A stretch of DNA of 64,000 nucleotides, taken from assembly GCA_010015585.1 (NCBI GenBank), contig ML975156.1; one strand, 5' to 3'. Both the position numbers and the translations under genes were made by a program. The first letter of the stretch is position 1. The number at the start of each line of letters is the position of its first letter. The DNA comes from Eremomyces bilateralis CBS 781.70 (Eukaryota). This document shows positions 35,913-49,640 of the stretch, in pieces. Under the pieces are notes generated by a model. The model was not told where the DNA came from. It searched no databases and saw only the letters and a program-made list of their open reading frames with translations.

Positions 35913-38900
35913 GTCGAGAACATCAGGCGATGATGGAAACTGAGAAGAGCTATCCCTAAGCCACCAAACCAGCAGCAGTATACATGTATAATGTAGCTAT
36001 GTGGTCCCGTCTTTCCACTCCATGTTTCGCTTTATGCAATACGACATTAGGTCTCTACTTAATAGAACAGCCAATACCATCATAAAATTGATACAATGGA
36101 TAAGCTGGCTGATGTCCAGCATATCCCTCCACAAATACTAGGGCCCGTGGCCTCAAGAGAAAGCCTGTGACAATGTCCATAATCAACATATAGCATAAAC
36201 TATGGGGCCTCTGGATCCGATTGGATCCTCGAGAGCAATCAACACTGCGTTTGGCAATCAAGCACACGACGAGTGTCAGTGACACGCAGTAGGCGTTTCG
36301 CTCCGGTCCTGGAATGTATGATTCGTTCCATTTTCTTTCGATACAGGGTTCTGGGCTCTGGAAGGAGGAAGGACCATGAAATGACACAATCAGGATCAAT
36401 TTGGCGTCGTCTAGCACTTTAATCCAAAACGCGGGTGTGGGCTTGAGGCTCAAGCTCGTAAATTACACACATTTCGCATTGACTAGGTTGCTTGTTAGGC
36501 CAGACTTCTAGGCGTAGGGCTTTCTCGGATATACCTGCGATAGCACAAATCATATTACAGGAGCGTTACGATCCCTGTCGATGTTTGAAACGGTCGGATG
36601 TCATTCTGTATGAAGCGAAAGCACTCTACGTGCTGATTGATCAGAAAGTCGGAAGAGATTCTCGGTAGACCTGCCACCAGATCTCGCACTCCTTCGTCTC
36701 GCTAAGGCCCAGGGGTGATTTCATATTGATGATGCATTATCCATGGATAACCTATGCATGTGATAGTCGTTGTCAGCCACCCTACTAGGATGTCCTAGGC
36801 TGTTATTGCCCAGAGCAGAGGGATAGTATTGGCGCTTGGAAAGTACCATCATCAATAGGTTTAAGCTGGCGTATGCTTATTTTCTGGGGATATGATAAGT
36901 TTGCAATTCATACATTGAGATAATGATTTCCACATACCCCATATCTGTCTCCACAACCACCCTGGGGGGGTGGTACGGTGACGCCGCAGCTCGCAGGGCA
37001 TGTCCCCCACCAGGGTCGTGTATTAGTGACGGAGCTAATATCCCACTTAACGTAGAACCCCATCATCTCGTCTCTTTTCTTGAAGAAACGCAGACCTTGC
37101 ACATGATAATATATTATTTTGTGCACCAGACCTCGTCTCCTTGTGCACAATGGCTGCCCTCAAATTTGTCAGATCGGTACGGCCCCGCAATCGAATTGTT
37201 GTTAATGATCGACGCTGACAGGTATCTTATATCAGGTTTGGGACTCTTTCCGTTCTAGTTCCGGCCTAGAACCGAGGTGATTCATTTCAGGTTCATATGA
37301 AAATGCTTATGCTAACTGACGATAGACTCCTGGATGGCGTGCGTGGGACCCGAGATGTTCAATTAACACTAGAACTTACTAATGAACACTATCAGCTCCG
37401 CGTTGTTTCTGCTACTCCAGGCAAGGTATTCGCAAACAATTACCACCTCGTGACATGCCAAGTGGTAATCGCGATATAGGTCAGATTTGAATTAGACATT
37501 CGGAAAGAGCATACGGTAGAGGAAACCGTCGGGAAATCCGAATCAATGATTAATTTCATCGCAGAATCGATTGAAGATCCTCCATGGCGGGACGATCGCA
37601 TCAATGGGTGGGCGCCGTCCTATTCCGCTGACAGTAGCATCTGATTAACATTTGACAACGTAGTTGACTTGGGAGGCTCCCTTGCAGTAGCTTCACGAGG
37701 ACTCTTTGCTACCGGTGTCTCGACCGATCTCAACGGTATGGCGTCTTGGCATCGTACTGAATGACGGCACTAATAATGCGTAAGTCACATACCTCAGCTC
37801 TGGAGGGAAAATAGGAGACAAAATCCGCGCAGTAAGTCGGAAGTATTTCAAACTTCATGCGATGCTCTAACATCTGATAGGAGGTTACATGTGACAAGTG
37901 TGAGTTCACCACCTCTGGATCTTTCTCAAAACTGATCATGGAGAAAGTCGGGAAAACCCTGGCGTATACGTCAATCAGGTTCATGAACGGTAACGATGAA
38001 GTGTTTGCTCGCGGAAGTCATACAAAGTAGGGCTTTCTTACTCCTCGATTGGTCTCGTGTGCAGGCTAACAGTTCAGGTATGTCGCACTGGCATGGAAAG
38101 ATCCCAACAACGTCACGGAGCAGATGAAGCCGGAACAGGAAAACTTGACTAAATGAGCTTCCCCATGGGTTCGCATAACTAATAGATTGTCTCTTCAATG
38201 ATACCTACCTTAATATCTAACGATACTCCAAGCTATGCAATTTCTCGAAGTCTTCTTCCAGCATTCCATGGAACCGTTTCCGGAGTACGCTCGTTGGCAC
38301 TCAATATCTGCGTGTCTTGACGCATGCTTCCATGGAAAACCTGCCACTGGGACGGAAAGTCCGAATGATATCGTAATTCGTTGAGCATATGAGGCCATAA
38401 CCAGAGCGTACGACCGGACAGGGAGGCATCCGTCCTCGTTCTCTCAGGAGCATGTTGTCTTTTGCAAATTTACACTCTCTGAAGTGCATCCAATATTCCC
38501 TCGAGCAGTTCTTATCCAGTCCTCAATTCCTCTCCTAGCATGTGCTAGATCATTCCGTCCAGTAATTCTTTGAAGCATTTTTTGTCTTCCCAGCCATTGT
38601 TGAAAGAGCGTTTGCAACCACACCAGGAGAAATCCATCTTCTCGGGCTTGCGATGGTCTGTCATCCCATCAAATGGGATCTAGCACCAAGTTGCACCCAA
38701 AAAGCGGGTTTTCAAGAGCGTGGGAACGGATTCCGCCGTAGCTTGAATCTTTCGATCGGAAACAAGTCTACTGGCCGATCTTACGATACGTGGTCGGATA
38801 CGGGTCAAGTTTTCTCATCTGGCGGATGAGATGCCCAAGCATCTCGGGACAGCAGTCGTCATAGCAGACATGAGCGCCATCAGGAATCTCCTTGAAAGCA

Positions 38901-40263
38901 TACTACTCCATTCATGGTCGCCTTTACAAGCCCAGTCCTCACGTCGTTCATCAGTACTACAGTCCACCTGTTAGCAACGTCATTCCTTTGTACTAGTTGC
39001 CGATGCTTCGTTTATACCTATCACTATTCCTGGTATTACTAGCTCGGTCCGCTAGATATATCTCGCGCTCCCTATGGTGAGGCTTTGGCAAACTTGTGTG
39101 AACCGAATTTCGCTTCGAAGATTATGGAAGCACAGCATCTGAAAATATACTCCAGCAGGTGTTACGAGATTTCAAATGATTCCGTTCGTCCACACCCTAC
39201 CGCCGCCCTCAATCGCCTCGTGACTATGGAGGTAGTCAGTCAAGGTCGAGAAAGCCGCCGGAATACGTCGGGGGGAATTGGCAATCCTCGTTTGAGTCGG
39301 TGGATGATAGAGAGGAGAATTAGGAAGTCCCGCGAGCGGCTGGTTTACTCACACTGAGTGGATCTCCGAACTGGCGTTCTTCACATCTTCAGCTTCCTTC
39401 CATGGACCAGAAATTATGCAGTCAACGAATGGTGAGATAGACTTCAACTTTTAGGTAGTAGATAAATGGAATCAACTCCTTGATGTTCTGACATTTGGTC
39501 ACTTAGATGGTGAGCACAACCGTGGTAGCCTCGCAGGATGGGGAGCCGGTCGCGGCCGAGAAGAACGGCGAGTGCCTGGAGACGATCGCTTTGGATATCA
39601 AAAATTCTCTTCACATCGGATTTGTAAATCCACGGAGGTATCAACATGATATAGTTAGATGAGACCAGATAGCTAGCGCGACTCGGATCGTTTGTTTGCG
39701 AATAATCAGCTCTACTTGCTGTTCAAGGAGAATCTCGACCTCGTACTTGAGCGTTTCCTTGTTACTGGTTGGATATCTAGCGACAATTGGCAATCTTTTC
39801 ATTCATTATATACGCCGTAATGGGTTTCCTCTGTGTGGTGTAGAACTGAATTCACTGTCGTAGAGCGAATTTTTCATGCATTTATTTTTTTGGTGACTTC
39901 CGGACAGTCGAGTGCAGCAAGATCATGAATATGCGGTAGAAATCCTCTCCTTTTCTTGTGCTCCTAAAGCGATATATTCATTGAAGCACTAGAGCTAGAA
40001 TGAAATGGAGGATGTCCCCATTTAGTCCTCATCTTGGTATATTCACCAAGTCGACAAGTAGAACAGTACAGTGTTGCAATTCCTTATCACTAGAATTGGT
40101 ACCGAAGTTCGAGGGCAAAGTGATTAGGGAATATTCGCCATACAGTACAGTGCGGGATTTGTAGTAGATTAGGTCTGGAGCAAACGTAGTCTCTCTAGAC
40201 ATCCGGGCCAAACAGTAGTAATCAGGTATTGAAGTGCTGGATAAAGCTACGACATGGAAATGG

Positions 40264-40299
40264 TGTAGGAATGCTGTAGGAATGCTGTAGGAATGCTGT
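40264..40299. repeat. Perfect 11-bp tandem repeat TGTAGGAATGC x3
   Basis: Read directly from the sequence. Confidence 0.85.
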
Positions 40300-40769
40300 T
40301 TCCTTTTCTATTGGGGTTTTATTATGGAAATAGTCATAGAATGAATGAATGAACACAGTATCAAAAACCAGTATCTGCCTGGCTAATAATTATCGGTTAC
40401 AGAAGTTTTCCCTTCAGTGTCTCCCAACGGAAAGTGCCCATATTAACAGCCATATCGGCCACTCCGAGATGCATAGAGAAAGGCATGGATAACTCTTAAC
40501 GCCCATTTAGGCCGAATTCATCCCGCCAGATGTCCGAAATTCCGATGCAGCTCCCCAGGCTCAATTTTTGTTAGTCCCAAGTTGGCATCAGCTCGTGTAT
40601 TGCGTAGTAGTTATATCGAATCAGTGATCTTCCCATTCCAATAGCATGATTGTTATGAAGGACAGGCTATTTCAAGACAGGAGCATATGCGAGTTCGGTA
40701 ATGTATTGATGTCGATGAGAGGGGTTTGAGGTACAATGTCAGGGGTGGAGGCCCAACATACTGGACACA

Positions 40770-41864
40770 TTAGTTGAGACTTGTTGATACTAAGCCTGCA
40801 TCGAGACCTTCCACTTCAGGAATCGCTTTTGACAGATCCTCACGCTGGAGAGCTTGAAGATCAAGACCAGAAAGCTCTGTGCTGCTTTCAGAAAAAAGAG
40901 CTACTTTAATGTGCTGGACGGTGTGGTACATACGGGAGTATGGCCCGATCCCGCCGCAAATAGAGGGTTTAGTAAACTCGTTAGTGATGTTGAATAAGTT
41001 GTCATATGAAATGCCTTCATAACCGTGCTCTCGCGATGTAAAATTGCCTTCCGCGTTCCCTCCAAATGCCGGGAGAACCTGCAGCTCGGCCAACTGTTTG
41101 GCCAGCAGTCCAAGCATATAAAGTTGGCAGGCCGGCGTGCTACAAAGTCCTCTATTGGACTGATCGAAGCCGGAGCCAGGGCCTTCGAAAGCCAATTGAT
41201 CGAAAACCTTTTCGAATCTCGTCATCACATTGGATACAATATCAATTCTTCCCCGATCTATCGCATCTAATAAAGGGTCAGAGTATGGTTTGTAGTCGTG
41301 GAGTAATTCGTATACCTGTGACGATTTTAGGGATTGGCAGTTCTCCTGGATCGACTGCCTTTCTTGCCTTGCGGAACCAGTTCTTTGAAACTAGACGAAA
41401 AATTGTGGAACTGGGAAAAATCCAAGAGAGGAAGAGCCACTCGAGACTCGTTTCGCACCTTCAAGTGCAAATTTATCGCGTTCGAACGTGTCATCTACCC
41501 ATCGGTCGGCATGGTATTCGATAACTTCTAGGCACTCGTAGTAATCGACCAATTTTCCGATCTAGACCAGTTCCGCCTTCGACAACGAGCTAGGCACTTT
41601 TCGAAACCGGCCATGCATTGCATTCAAAATGATTGAGTAACTTGTTGGTCCACATGAAGGAAGGGCGTCGATATCCAAACTTCCAGACTTTACGGACTCT
41701 GACTCTTTCCAAGGGCCGGAAAACATGCGATCGAAATAAGGAGAAGCCACAGATAAATGACGTGAGGAGGCGAGGAACGACTCACGTTTGATATCTTCTT
41801 CTGGGATGGTGATATTAACGGTCAGATCCCCCTCTGGATCGAGGGTTTGAAAGTTTGAAGTCAT
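40770..41864 (-). pseudogene. BTB/POZ-domain gene disrupted by a stop and a frameshift
   Basis: LDPEGDL...FLASSRHLSVASPYF...ILNAMHG, then in-frame TAG at 41562-41564 before IGKLVDYYECL. Frame change near 41445 into EWLFLSWIF...ELPIP, a probable intron, then the 40770-41228 ORF. Confidence 0.8.
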
Positions 41865-42418
41865 AATTGGAGGCCCAGAAGAGGACGTCGGCGTTTGGTG
41901 AGGAAACCCTGTGGCCGATATGCCCGCGGTAGGTAGACTGTTAATTGTTCCTATCCAGTATGAGGGCCTTATTTCATTGATATGTATCAAAATGACTTAC
42001 TGCAGAAACACGATTGACAACAAGGAGTATTGAGCGTAGCTGTCAACTCGATGATCTAAATTACCGCAATACGCATGTGTTACAGGTACCGGCATTTAGA
42101 TGTATCTACGGAGTACTTCAGATCACTTTCTGTTTACAACAGTGGTTTGAGCAGACGGAGGTAGAAAAAAGAAAAGTGGGCCAACAGGGACCCCCATCGG
42201 TTGAAGTTCGGTTGAGTTCCCGAGCATCATTCGCCATTACCAACGAACGACACAAGCATCGTAAGCTTCATCTGCCTGAACTCATACAAACATTGCTTTC
42301 CATTCTACCTGCAAAGTGAGATTCCACGGCAGAAAAGCCTCCAACGACCATCCCCCACCTATTTTACTCCTCTAACAACACCAAATCACCAGACCTCTGC
42401 CAATCACACCGCCACATC

Positions 42419-43933
42419 ATGTCAACACTAGAAGACCTCCTCGGCGACGATGGACGCCGAGATGACGATGAAGAAAAGAAGGACGATGGCAAAGACAAGA
42501 AGATCGATGGTGGAGAAGGTGGAGAGGGTGGTAAGAAAGATGGTGATGCGGATATGAAGGACGCCGCCGAAGCCGAGAAGGAAGAGGAGCTCATTGACGA
42601 GGACATTCTACGATCCAACACACGAGACATCACATCACGGCGGCGGCTGCTGGAGAATGACACGCGGATAATGAGGAGCGAGTTCCAGCGGTTAACTCAT
42701 GAGAAGGCTACGATGCAGGAGAAGATCAAGGATAATGTGGACAAGATTGAGAACAACAGGTAGTTTCCCGCCACTCAAGAAAACCCAGGAAAGCTAACAT
42801 CATCGACAGACAATTACCATATCTCGTCGGCAACGTTGTTGAGATCCTCGATCTAGATGTCACCGAGGAAGCTGCCGAAGAAGGAGCCAACATCGACCTG
42901 GACGCCACCCGCGTTGGGAAATCCGCCGTCATCAAGACCTCCACCCGCCAAACCATCTTCCTTCCGCTCATCGGCCTTGTCGACCACGAGCAGTTGAAGC
43001 CAGGCGATCTCATCGGCGTGAACAAAGACTCCTACCTCGTCCTAGATACACTCCCTGCCGAGTACGACAGCCGAGTCAAGGCGATGGAAGTGGATGAGAA
43101 GCCGACGGAAAAGTACACGGATGTTGGAGGCTTGGACAAGCAGATTGAGGAGCTAGTGGAAGCTGTCGTGTGGCCGATGAAGGAAGCGGAGCGGTTCAAG
43201 AAGATAGGCATCAAGGCTCCAAAGGGTATGCGCAATATATCAAAAACCTCGAAACTACTTCGACTAACTTCAACTAGGTGCCCTGATGTACGGACCCCCC
43301 GGAACCGGTAAAACCCTCCTCGCACGAGCCTGCGCCGCCCAAACCGACGCCACCTTCCTCAAGCTCGCCGGCCCGCAACTCGTCCAGATGTTCATCGGCG
43401 ACGGCGCCAAGCTCGTCCGCGACTGCTTCGCGCTCGCCAAGGAGAAAGCCCCCTCAATCATCTTCATCGACGAGCTTGACGCCATCGGCACCAAGCGCTT
43501 CGACTCGGAGAAGTCCGGCGATCGCGAGGTGCAGCGGACGATGTTGGAGCTGCTGAATCAGCTGGACGGGTTCGCGAGCGACGACCGCGTCAAGGTGCTC
43601 GCGGCGACGAACCGCGTGGACGTGCTGGATCCGGCGCTGTTGCGCAGTGGGCGGCTGGATCGGAAGATCGAGTTCCCATTGCCGAACGAGGAGGCGCGGG
43701 CGCAGATCCTGCGGATCCATAGCCGGAAGATGACGGTGGACGAGGCGGTCAATTGGCCGGAGTTAGCGCGGAGTACGGATGAGTTTGGGGGCGCGCAGTT
43801 GAAGGCGGTGTGCGTGGAGGCGGGGATGATCGCGTTGAGGGGTGGGCAGTCGAAGATCACGCATGAGCATTACGTGGACGCCATTGCGGAGGTGCAGGCA
43901 AAGAAGAAGGATGTTGTTAGCTTCATCGCGTAG
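42419..43933 (+). CDS. RPT5: 26S proteasome AAA-ATPase subunit Rpt5 (6A)
   Basis: Introns 42760-42809 and 43226-43277. [48 protein letters not shown]. Confidence 0.97.
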
Positions 43934-44091
43934 GGTTCGCGCTGGTCTTTGTTCGGTTCATCGGAGCGTTTGGGAACAAATCATAGAAAAATAGCACCGG
44001 CCATCAGGCGTCCGTCTCAATAATGGGCACCATGAGCGTTTGGTCCTGACATTACTATTGCAGCAGGGAACACGTCGAGTGTATCCCGAAA

Positions 44092-45230
44092 CTACTGCTT
44101 CAAATGCGCCCCCTGGAGCTCCTCCTGGGCATCCTTGATCATAAAACTGTACGCACGTTAGCCATCCGTCTTTCATCAAACCGCGCCATCTCCACTTACT
44201 TATACCACCACACCGTCGGCAACACCGTCCCCAAATGCCACAAACTATGCGCATCCACCATCCCCCCCCACGGCGGAAAATCCAACAACTCCAAACTCAT
44301 CGCCATGATGATCCACGCCACGATCATCCCCGGCCACGCCGCCCACCCGCGCTTCACCGTCCGGTACCGCGCGATGCTGAACCACGTCCACAGCACGTTC
44401 GAGATCGTCCCCACGACCACATTCGCGGTCATGTTGTACGTGTAGTCCCACCGCCACGCGGTGAGGTAGGTGACGTGCGCGATGTACAGCAAGATGCAGA
44501 GGAGTGTCCACGCGCGGCGGACGCTCTGCTTCCGCGGGGTGGGTTCGTCGAGCCGGAAGATGCGGATGGGGGAGAAATACAACCCATACAGCACGTTCGC
44601 GCCCGCGGCGAAGTAGTCGAGCTTCTCCGTCCAATCAAAGTCGCGGGTGTGAAACAGCATGCTAAAGCCCCAGCTCACCAGGCCGACGTAGCCGAAGCAG
44701 AGGTAGTATGGACGGAGGGGGTAGGAGGCGGGGAGGCGGTCGCGGAGGAGGGCGATGCCGTGGTCGTGGGCGAGGTAGTTGAGGAGGGAGAAGAGGACGG
44801 CGAAGGGCTCTTGCATGCCGAGGGAGCGGTAGAACGGCCATTTGCCGTGGAATTGGACGACGGGGTCGGGGGGGGGAGGGTGTTGGGAAAGGCGGGCGTC
44901 GGTGATGAGGTGTTGGCAGGTGTAGTCGCATTCCGAGGGACAGTCCCAGAGGAGGAGGCGGTTTTGGAGAGCTGGAATGGTTAGGATGCGGTGGATGGAG
45001 GTGATTGTGGAACGTACATATTGAGGGGCCATTGGCGATGCAGTTCGATTCTTTGCAGACCTGGAGGAAAGTCAGCGGGGGGTTATACTGCTGGGGATAC
45101 ATTATGCGTCAACCTCCACGCAGTCCTTAAACTCGGGAAGACGGTCCCCGATGGATGCCTTTGCCACAGCGGCGAGAAGAAGGAGGGCGCCGACAGACAA
45201 TCGGCGCCATGACAAGGCCAGCTTTCTCAT
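44092..45230 (-). CDS. PER1: GPI lipid-remodelling factor Per1 (PGAP3)
   Basis: Signal peptide, ASIGD..P.F..C, LLWDCPSECDYTCQH, QFHGKWPF, FHTRD, DAHSLWH; three introns. Confidence 0.93.
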
Positions 45231-46125
45231 CTTTCAACCGGATACGTATTGTGTTTGGAGAATGATGACTTCGGAGGGATGCCACTGAACGATTGTATTC
45301 GGTACCAATGAGGACTGCACGTCGGTCTCTCAGAGCAGCATCAACATACCGATATCATTCATAAACCATATCATTAAGACGGTATCAATTATCAAAACAA
45401 CACCACATCACGGCGGCTCTGGATCCTGAGGCCCGCCGAACGAAACCCCAAGAGAACCCAAAGGGACAGTGCACCTTTCTATATATAAAAATAGGGCCGA
45501 GGGTCATAAATGGACCCAAGGGATGCGGAGCGTAGGGAGCAGAACCTCCCAAGTTTTAACAGCATAATTACCCAGCCACAGTTTGTTGATGAAGTCCTGA
45601 ACCTCTGCGGCCAATAACAGCAACTTTTGATTTGACCGTGTGCTTGATTCATTCATCTGTGTATCTTGTATCGCCCTTGGGCGATCAGAGTCAAGCACAC
45701 GCGCTTATTAGTACTGATTCCATCGGTAGCTAAACCGCCTATAATTAAATAAACAGCAGATGGTATACTATAACTAGTTGAATTTGATCTATCTACGCAG
45801 ACTCTATATCCGCAATGTTATAGAGGATATGAATCAAGCGATTCCCGCTCACTTAGGTCACACCTAACAACCAACCTTATTGAGGTGTTCTTTTGATCGA
45901 TGTGACGATTAAGCAAACCATGAACTTTTTTAAGCACTCCAAATCTCCATTCAGGAACCTTAAGTGCCGGACGGATTAGACCCAGTTATAGGTGTATCGA
46001 TCTCACTCGCAAGTGGCGGGGACGACCTCCGAGGTGGAGAGGATGATCGGATAGGAAGTTGAACACGTCGTAGAGGCGGTGGCATAAAACCGACCGTGAA
46101 TTGCTGAGGATCCTGTATAGACACA

Positions 46126-46555
46126 TTAGCCATGCTGCGCAAGGAGTAGACGGTATATAGTATGTACGGAGGACGCAATATGATGCAATGCGCGTCGAGC
46201 GACATCATCGTTCCTGGCTCGAGTTGTAGCAGTTACTTGCATGCCCAATCGCGGTAGATCAAACGATTCTTCAAATAACACCCCTTTCAGCGACTTAACA
46301 CGCGAGACAGCTACATAAGTTAATCCCGGCGCAAAGTCCCGCTTATCAGCGATGTTCAAAACTGCCTTTTCAAGTGTCACTCCCTGGCTCTTGTGGATGG
46401 TGATAGCATACGCCAGGACCAATGGAAACTGGGTACACAGGCAGGCGACAGAACCGCGAACGAAGTCTCGGCGGGACCGGAATATAGGCACGAGCTTTTC
46501 GCCGTTAACCTCGCGATGCGGGATCGCTCCGACGAATCTCCAATCGACAGTATAG
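46126..46555 (-). mobile_element. PIF1-family helicase C-terminal fragment (Helitron-like transposon relic)
   Basis: VPIF...QFPLVLAYAITIHKSQGVTL...GLTYVAVSRVK are PIF1 C-terminal motifs. No Walker A/B or Rep domain seen upstream. Confidence 0.8.
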
Positions 46556-48221
46556 ACTAGGATGCTAGACCGATAGTAGTTAATTGATAGAGAGTCGACA
46601 AAGGTGTTAGGAAAGCGATAAGGTAGAGAAGGAAGAAATAAGGAAGAGATGAAAAAAGAGATAGATTTTAAGCAGAGGAGCTGAGTAGAATCTATGTGAT
46701 CGGCCCTACTTTGTTCACTCTTCTACCTCGATTATATGTATATCTGTTTCTACCCGCTTTCGCCCGCATGACTTCCTCTGGTTGATTTTGAGGGACGGAA
46801 TCGCCTAAGACGACACTATATCGTACACGCTGAAGGCAACGAGTGTTCATATAGATGGTTTCAGGACTATAGGCCGTATAAGAACATAGATAATGCCCGG
46901 AGATGTCTCAAGGATCTTGCTTTCCTTCTCTTTACTTTCTTCTATTAATATTGTCCGTAAGACTCGGTTGCTCTGCAGTGTCGAATTATCTATACTTTGC
47001 GATACTATATCTCACTTCCCCGAACAACCCCCTAGAATGTAGAAGACTACATACATGCTAATCTGCTGTTGTCCCATTGAAATCGGATATAGGACGTGTC
47101 TGATGCCGTGATGCTGGTGAAAAGGTGCTCTATGTCGAGCTTTGAGCTTCTAGTTAACGAGAGCGCAGGCCCTGGGGACAGCGACGACAACGAAGTCCAC
47201 AGAGTTAACAGAGATGGAAGAACAGGTGGCATATAATTACAGTAGAGAATGATAGCAGTTATAGGATGATAAGTAGACAGCGTCTCGACCACAGCGACCC
47301 AGCAGGATTCGACAGTAGACAGTAGAGATACATGGAGAAGGAAAGAATGATGTGACACGGAACTTTCCGGACCTTTTTTCAGCCAATCATTTTGCCAAGG
47401 AATTGTATGGACAAATCACAGAGACATTTCAACTGTCCAATGAGCGTGTGTGCTTTTTTGGAAAAGGAGCTCCATTTGGATTTTAAACTGCTCCACTACG
47501 CTGCGCAATTAGGATACATGCTATGGCTGGGTTGGCTGAAATGCACCTGTTGCAGCTAGTGGCGGCAGTTGTGGGTACTAGCTAGCAAGGGGCTTTACGC
47601 GTGTACATATTACTAACATCACCTTACATAGTAAATTTAACTTCAATGTTGCCATTTTTCAATTATTCTACAGAATACACCCCTCAATAGTCAATACGGA
47701 TACTCATCAATGTATCGACATTGACCTGTCGTTCAAGTGGAACGGTCCAATTGCTGGCATGGAATATCCCTCCGTGTCCGAGCGCCTGAACTTCGGTGGC
47801 CTAATGGCCTTGGATGCCGAGACTAAGATTGTCCCCTATCCATAACTACATTTCATGTGACATAAATACGGACTCGGGCGAACCATATGTCCGATTTCTC
47901 ATCTTCTTTTTCTCTCTCTACCATTTCAAGTGTGAAAGGACGCCGAGTCCTTCGATCTTTGGACAAGATTGGCGGAGTTCTGTGGGGCGTTGCTGGATCT
48001 GAAGTGATGCGTTATTTAGGTATCAGTTTGGTGAAGATACCTGGGCCTCGGTTTACTGGTTAAATGCTTAGACTTTCTAACTTCCCTTTTCACGGTTCGG
48101 GGTAATGGCATTGCATTCTCCAATCTAAGTTTTATAAAACTGGAACTGTATTCCTATCTAAGTTTTTGTCAAAGTCAAGCACAACCGAATTCTTTCTACA
48201 TTCCCTTTCTAAATTGTAGAT

Positions 48222-49640
48222 ATGGCTCCTTCACTCTCCGATCCGGTTGACCTCCCCTGTGGACTTCGATTACCCAATCGCTTGGTAAAGGTAACAATTG
48301 GTCTCCTAATCAGATATCCCCGCGCCCAATTATTGATATCCCACACAGGCCGCCCTTGGGGAAGGACTCGCCACATCGTCCCACCAGCCTAACCTCAAGT
48401 TCTTCGAGGCCTACGGCCAATGGGGCGCTGGGGGCTGGGGTGGTATCCTCACCGGAAATGTAATGGTTGATGAGCGCCATTGCGGCAGTTCAACTGATGT
48501 CCTTTTCGAAGCAGATCCCTTTAAACGCCCGGACGAGGCGTGGGAGGCGTATGCCGAAGCTGCTCAGTCACATGGCACCCCTGGGTTCGTACAGATCAAT
48601 CATCCGGGACGACAGTCGCCGGTCATGGGCGGTAGAAAATGGTTCTGGACAAAAAATATGGCGCCCAGTGCCGTACCGCTGAACGTGGGGTCCGGGCTGC
48701 TGGCCTGGTTCCTCAGCGCTGCGATCTGGGGCACGCCGAGGGAGATGACCATCGAAGAAATCCGGACGACTACCCAGCTATTTACAGACGCCGCATGCTA
48801 TGTTGTGGAAAGGGGATTCAAAGGCGTTCAGATCCATGGTGCCCATGGCTTCCTACTCGCGCAGTTCCTGTCGTCGAAGTCAAATCGACGAACGGACGAG
48901 TATGGCGGTACTCCGCTGAAGCGTGCCCGGTTTGCCGTAGAGGTCACGAGAGCAATCAGACAGGCCGTGCCGGCGGACGTCGCAGTCGGGATCAAATTCA
49001 ACAGCGTCGATCATCAACAGGAAGAGTCATTACACGATGCCATCGAACAAATTCGGGCCATCGTGGACGCCGGAATCGACTTCCTCGAGATCAGCGGCGG
49101 AACTTACGAGGATCCCCAGGTATGCTCTCGCCAAAATCCGTGCGACTCCAAGAAATCGTAGCACTGACAACCCTCCCCAGATGTTACACGCGCGGTCTGC
49201 CGCCAACATTCAGAGCACCAAATCCTCCGCCCGCGAAGCCCATTTCCTCGACTTCGCCCGGGAAATCCGCCGATCATTCCCGAACCTCACGCTGATGCTC
49301 ACCGGCGGATTCCGCACCCGCGCCGGCATGGAAGCCGCCCTGGCTGACGGGGCGTGCGACCTCATCGGTGTGGGGCGGCCGGCCGTCGTCAACCCGGCAT
49401 GGCCAAAAGAGGTGTTGTTGAACGAGAACATGGGCAACGAGGAGGCGCAGTTGTTGCTGAATCCGGTCAATATTCCGAGTTTCGCGAAGAAATTAGGGTT
49501 GAATTTCGTGGCCGCGGGGTCGGAGACGGTAGGTTTTGGTCGTTGGCTTGAGGTGGGATCCAGTGCTAATCGGTTGTTAGGTTTACTATGTCATGCAGAT
49601 AGCAAGGATAGCGAAAGGGCTTCGGCCAATGGCACCCTGA
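48222..49640 (+). CDS. NADH:flavin oxidoreductase / Old Yellow Enzyme family
   Basis: Introns 48291-48348, 49120-49180 and 49529-49580. LPNRLVK, QINHPGRQ, QIHGAHGFLLAQFLS, RTDEYGG, TGGFRT. Confidence 0.92.

Noticed and set aside
41562..41564. Programmed stop-codon readthrough in the BTB gene
   Set aside because: Context TAG-ATC is not a known readthrough motif, and a frameshift follows.
44235..44984. Long antisense/alternative-frame ORFs over PER1 (similarly 20508-21104, 50829-51557, 11722-12366)
   Set aside because: Shadows of GC-rich codon bias in real genes; no recognisable motifs.
3016..45230. GPI-pathway gene cluster (PIG-Y-like and PER1)
   Set aside because: 40 kb apart with many unrelated housekeeping genes between them.
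47575..47610. Helitron-like 3' end (…CCCCTTGCTAGCTAGT on the minus strand)
   Set aside because: No convincing subterminal hairpin, and it lies upstream of the minus-strand PIF1 fragment.
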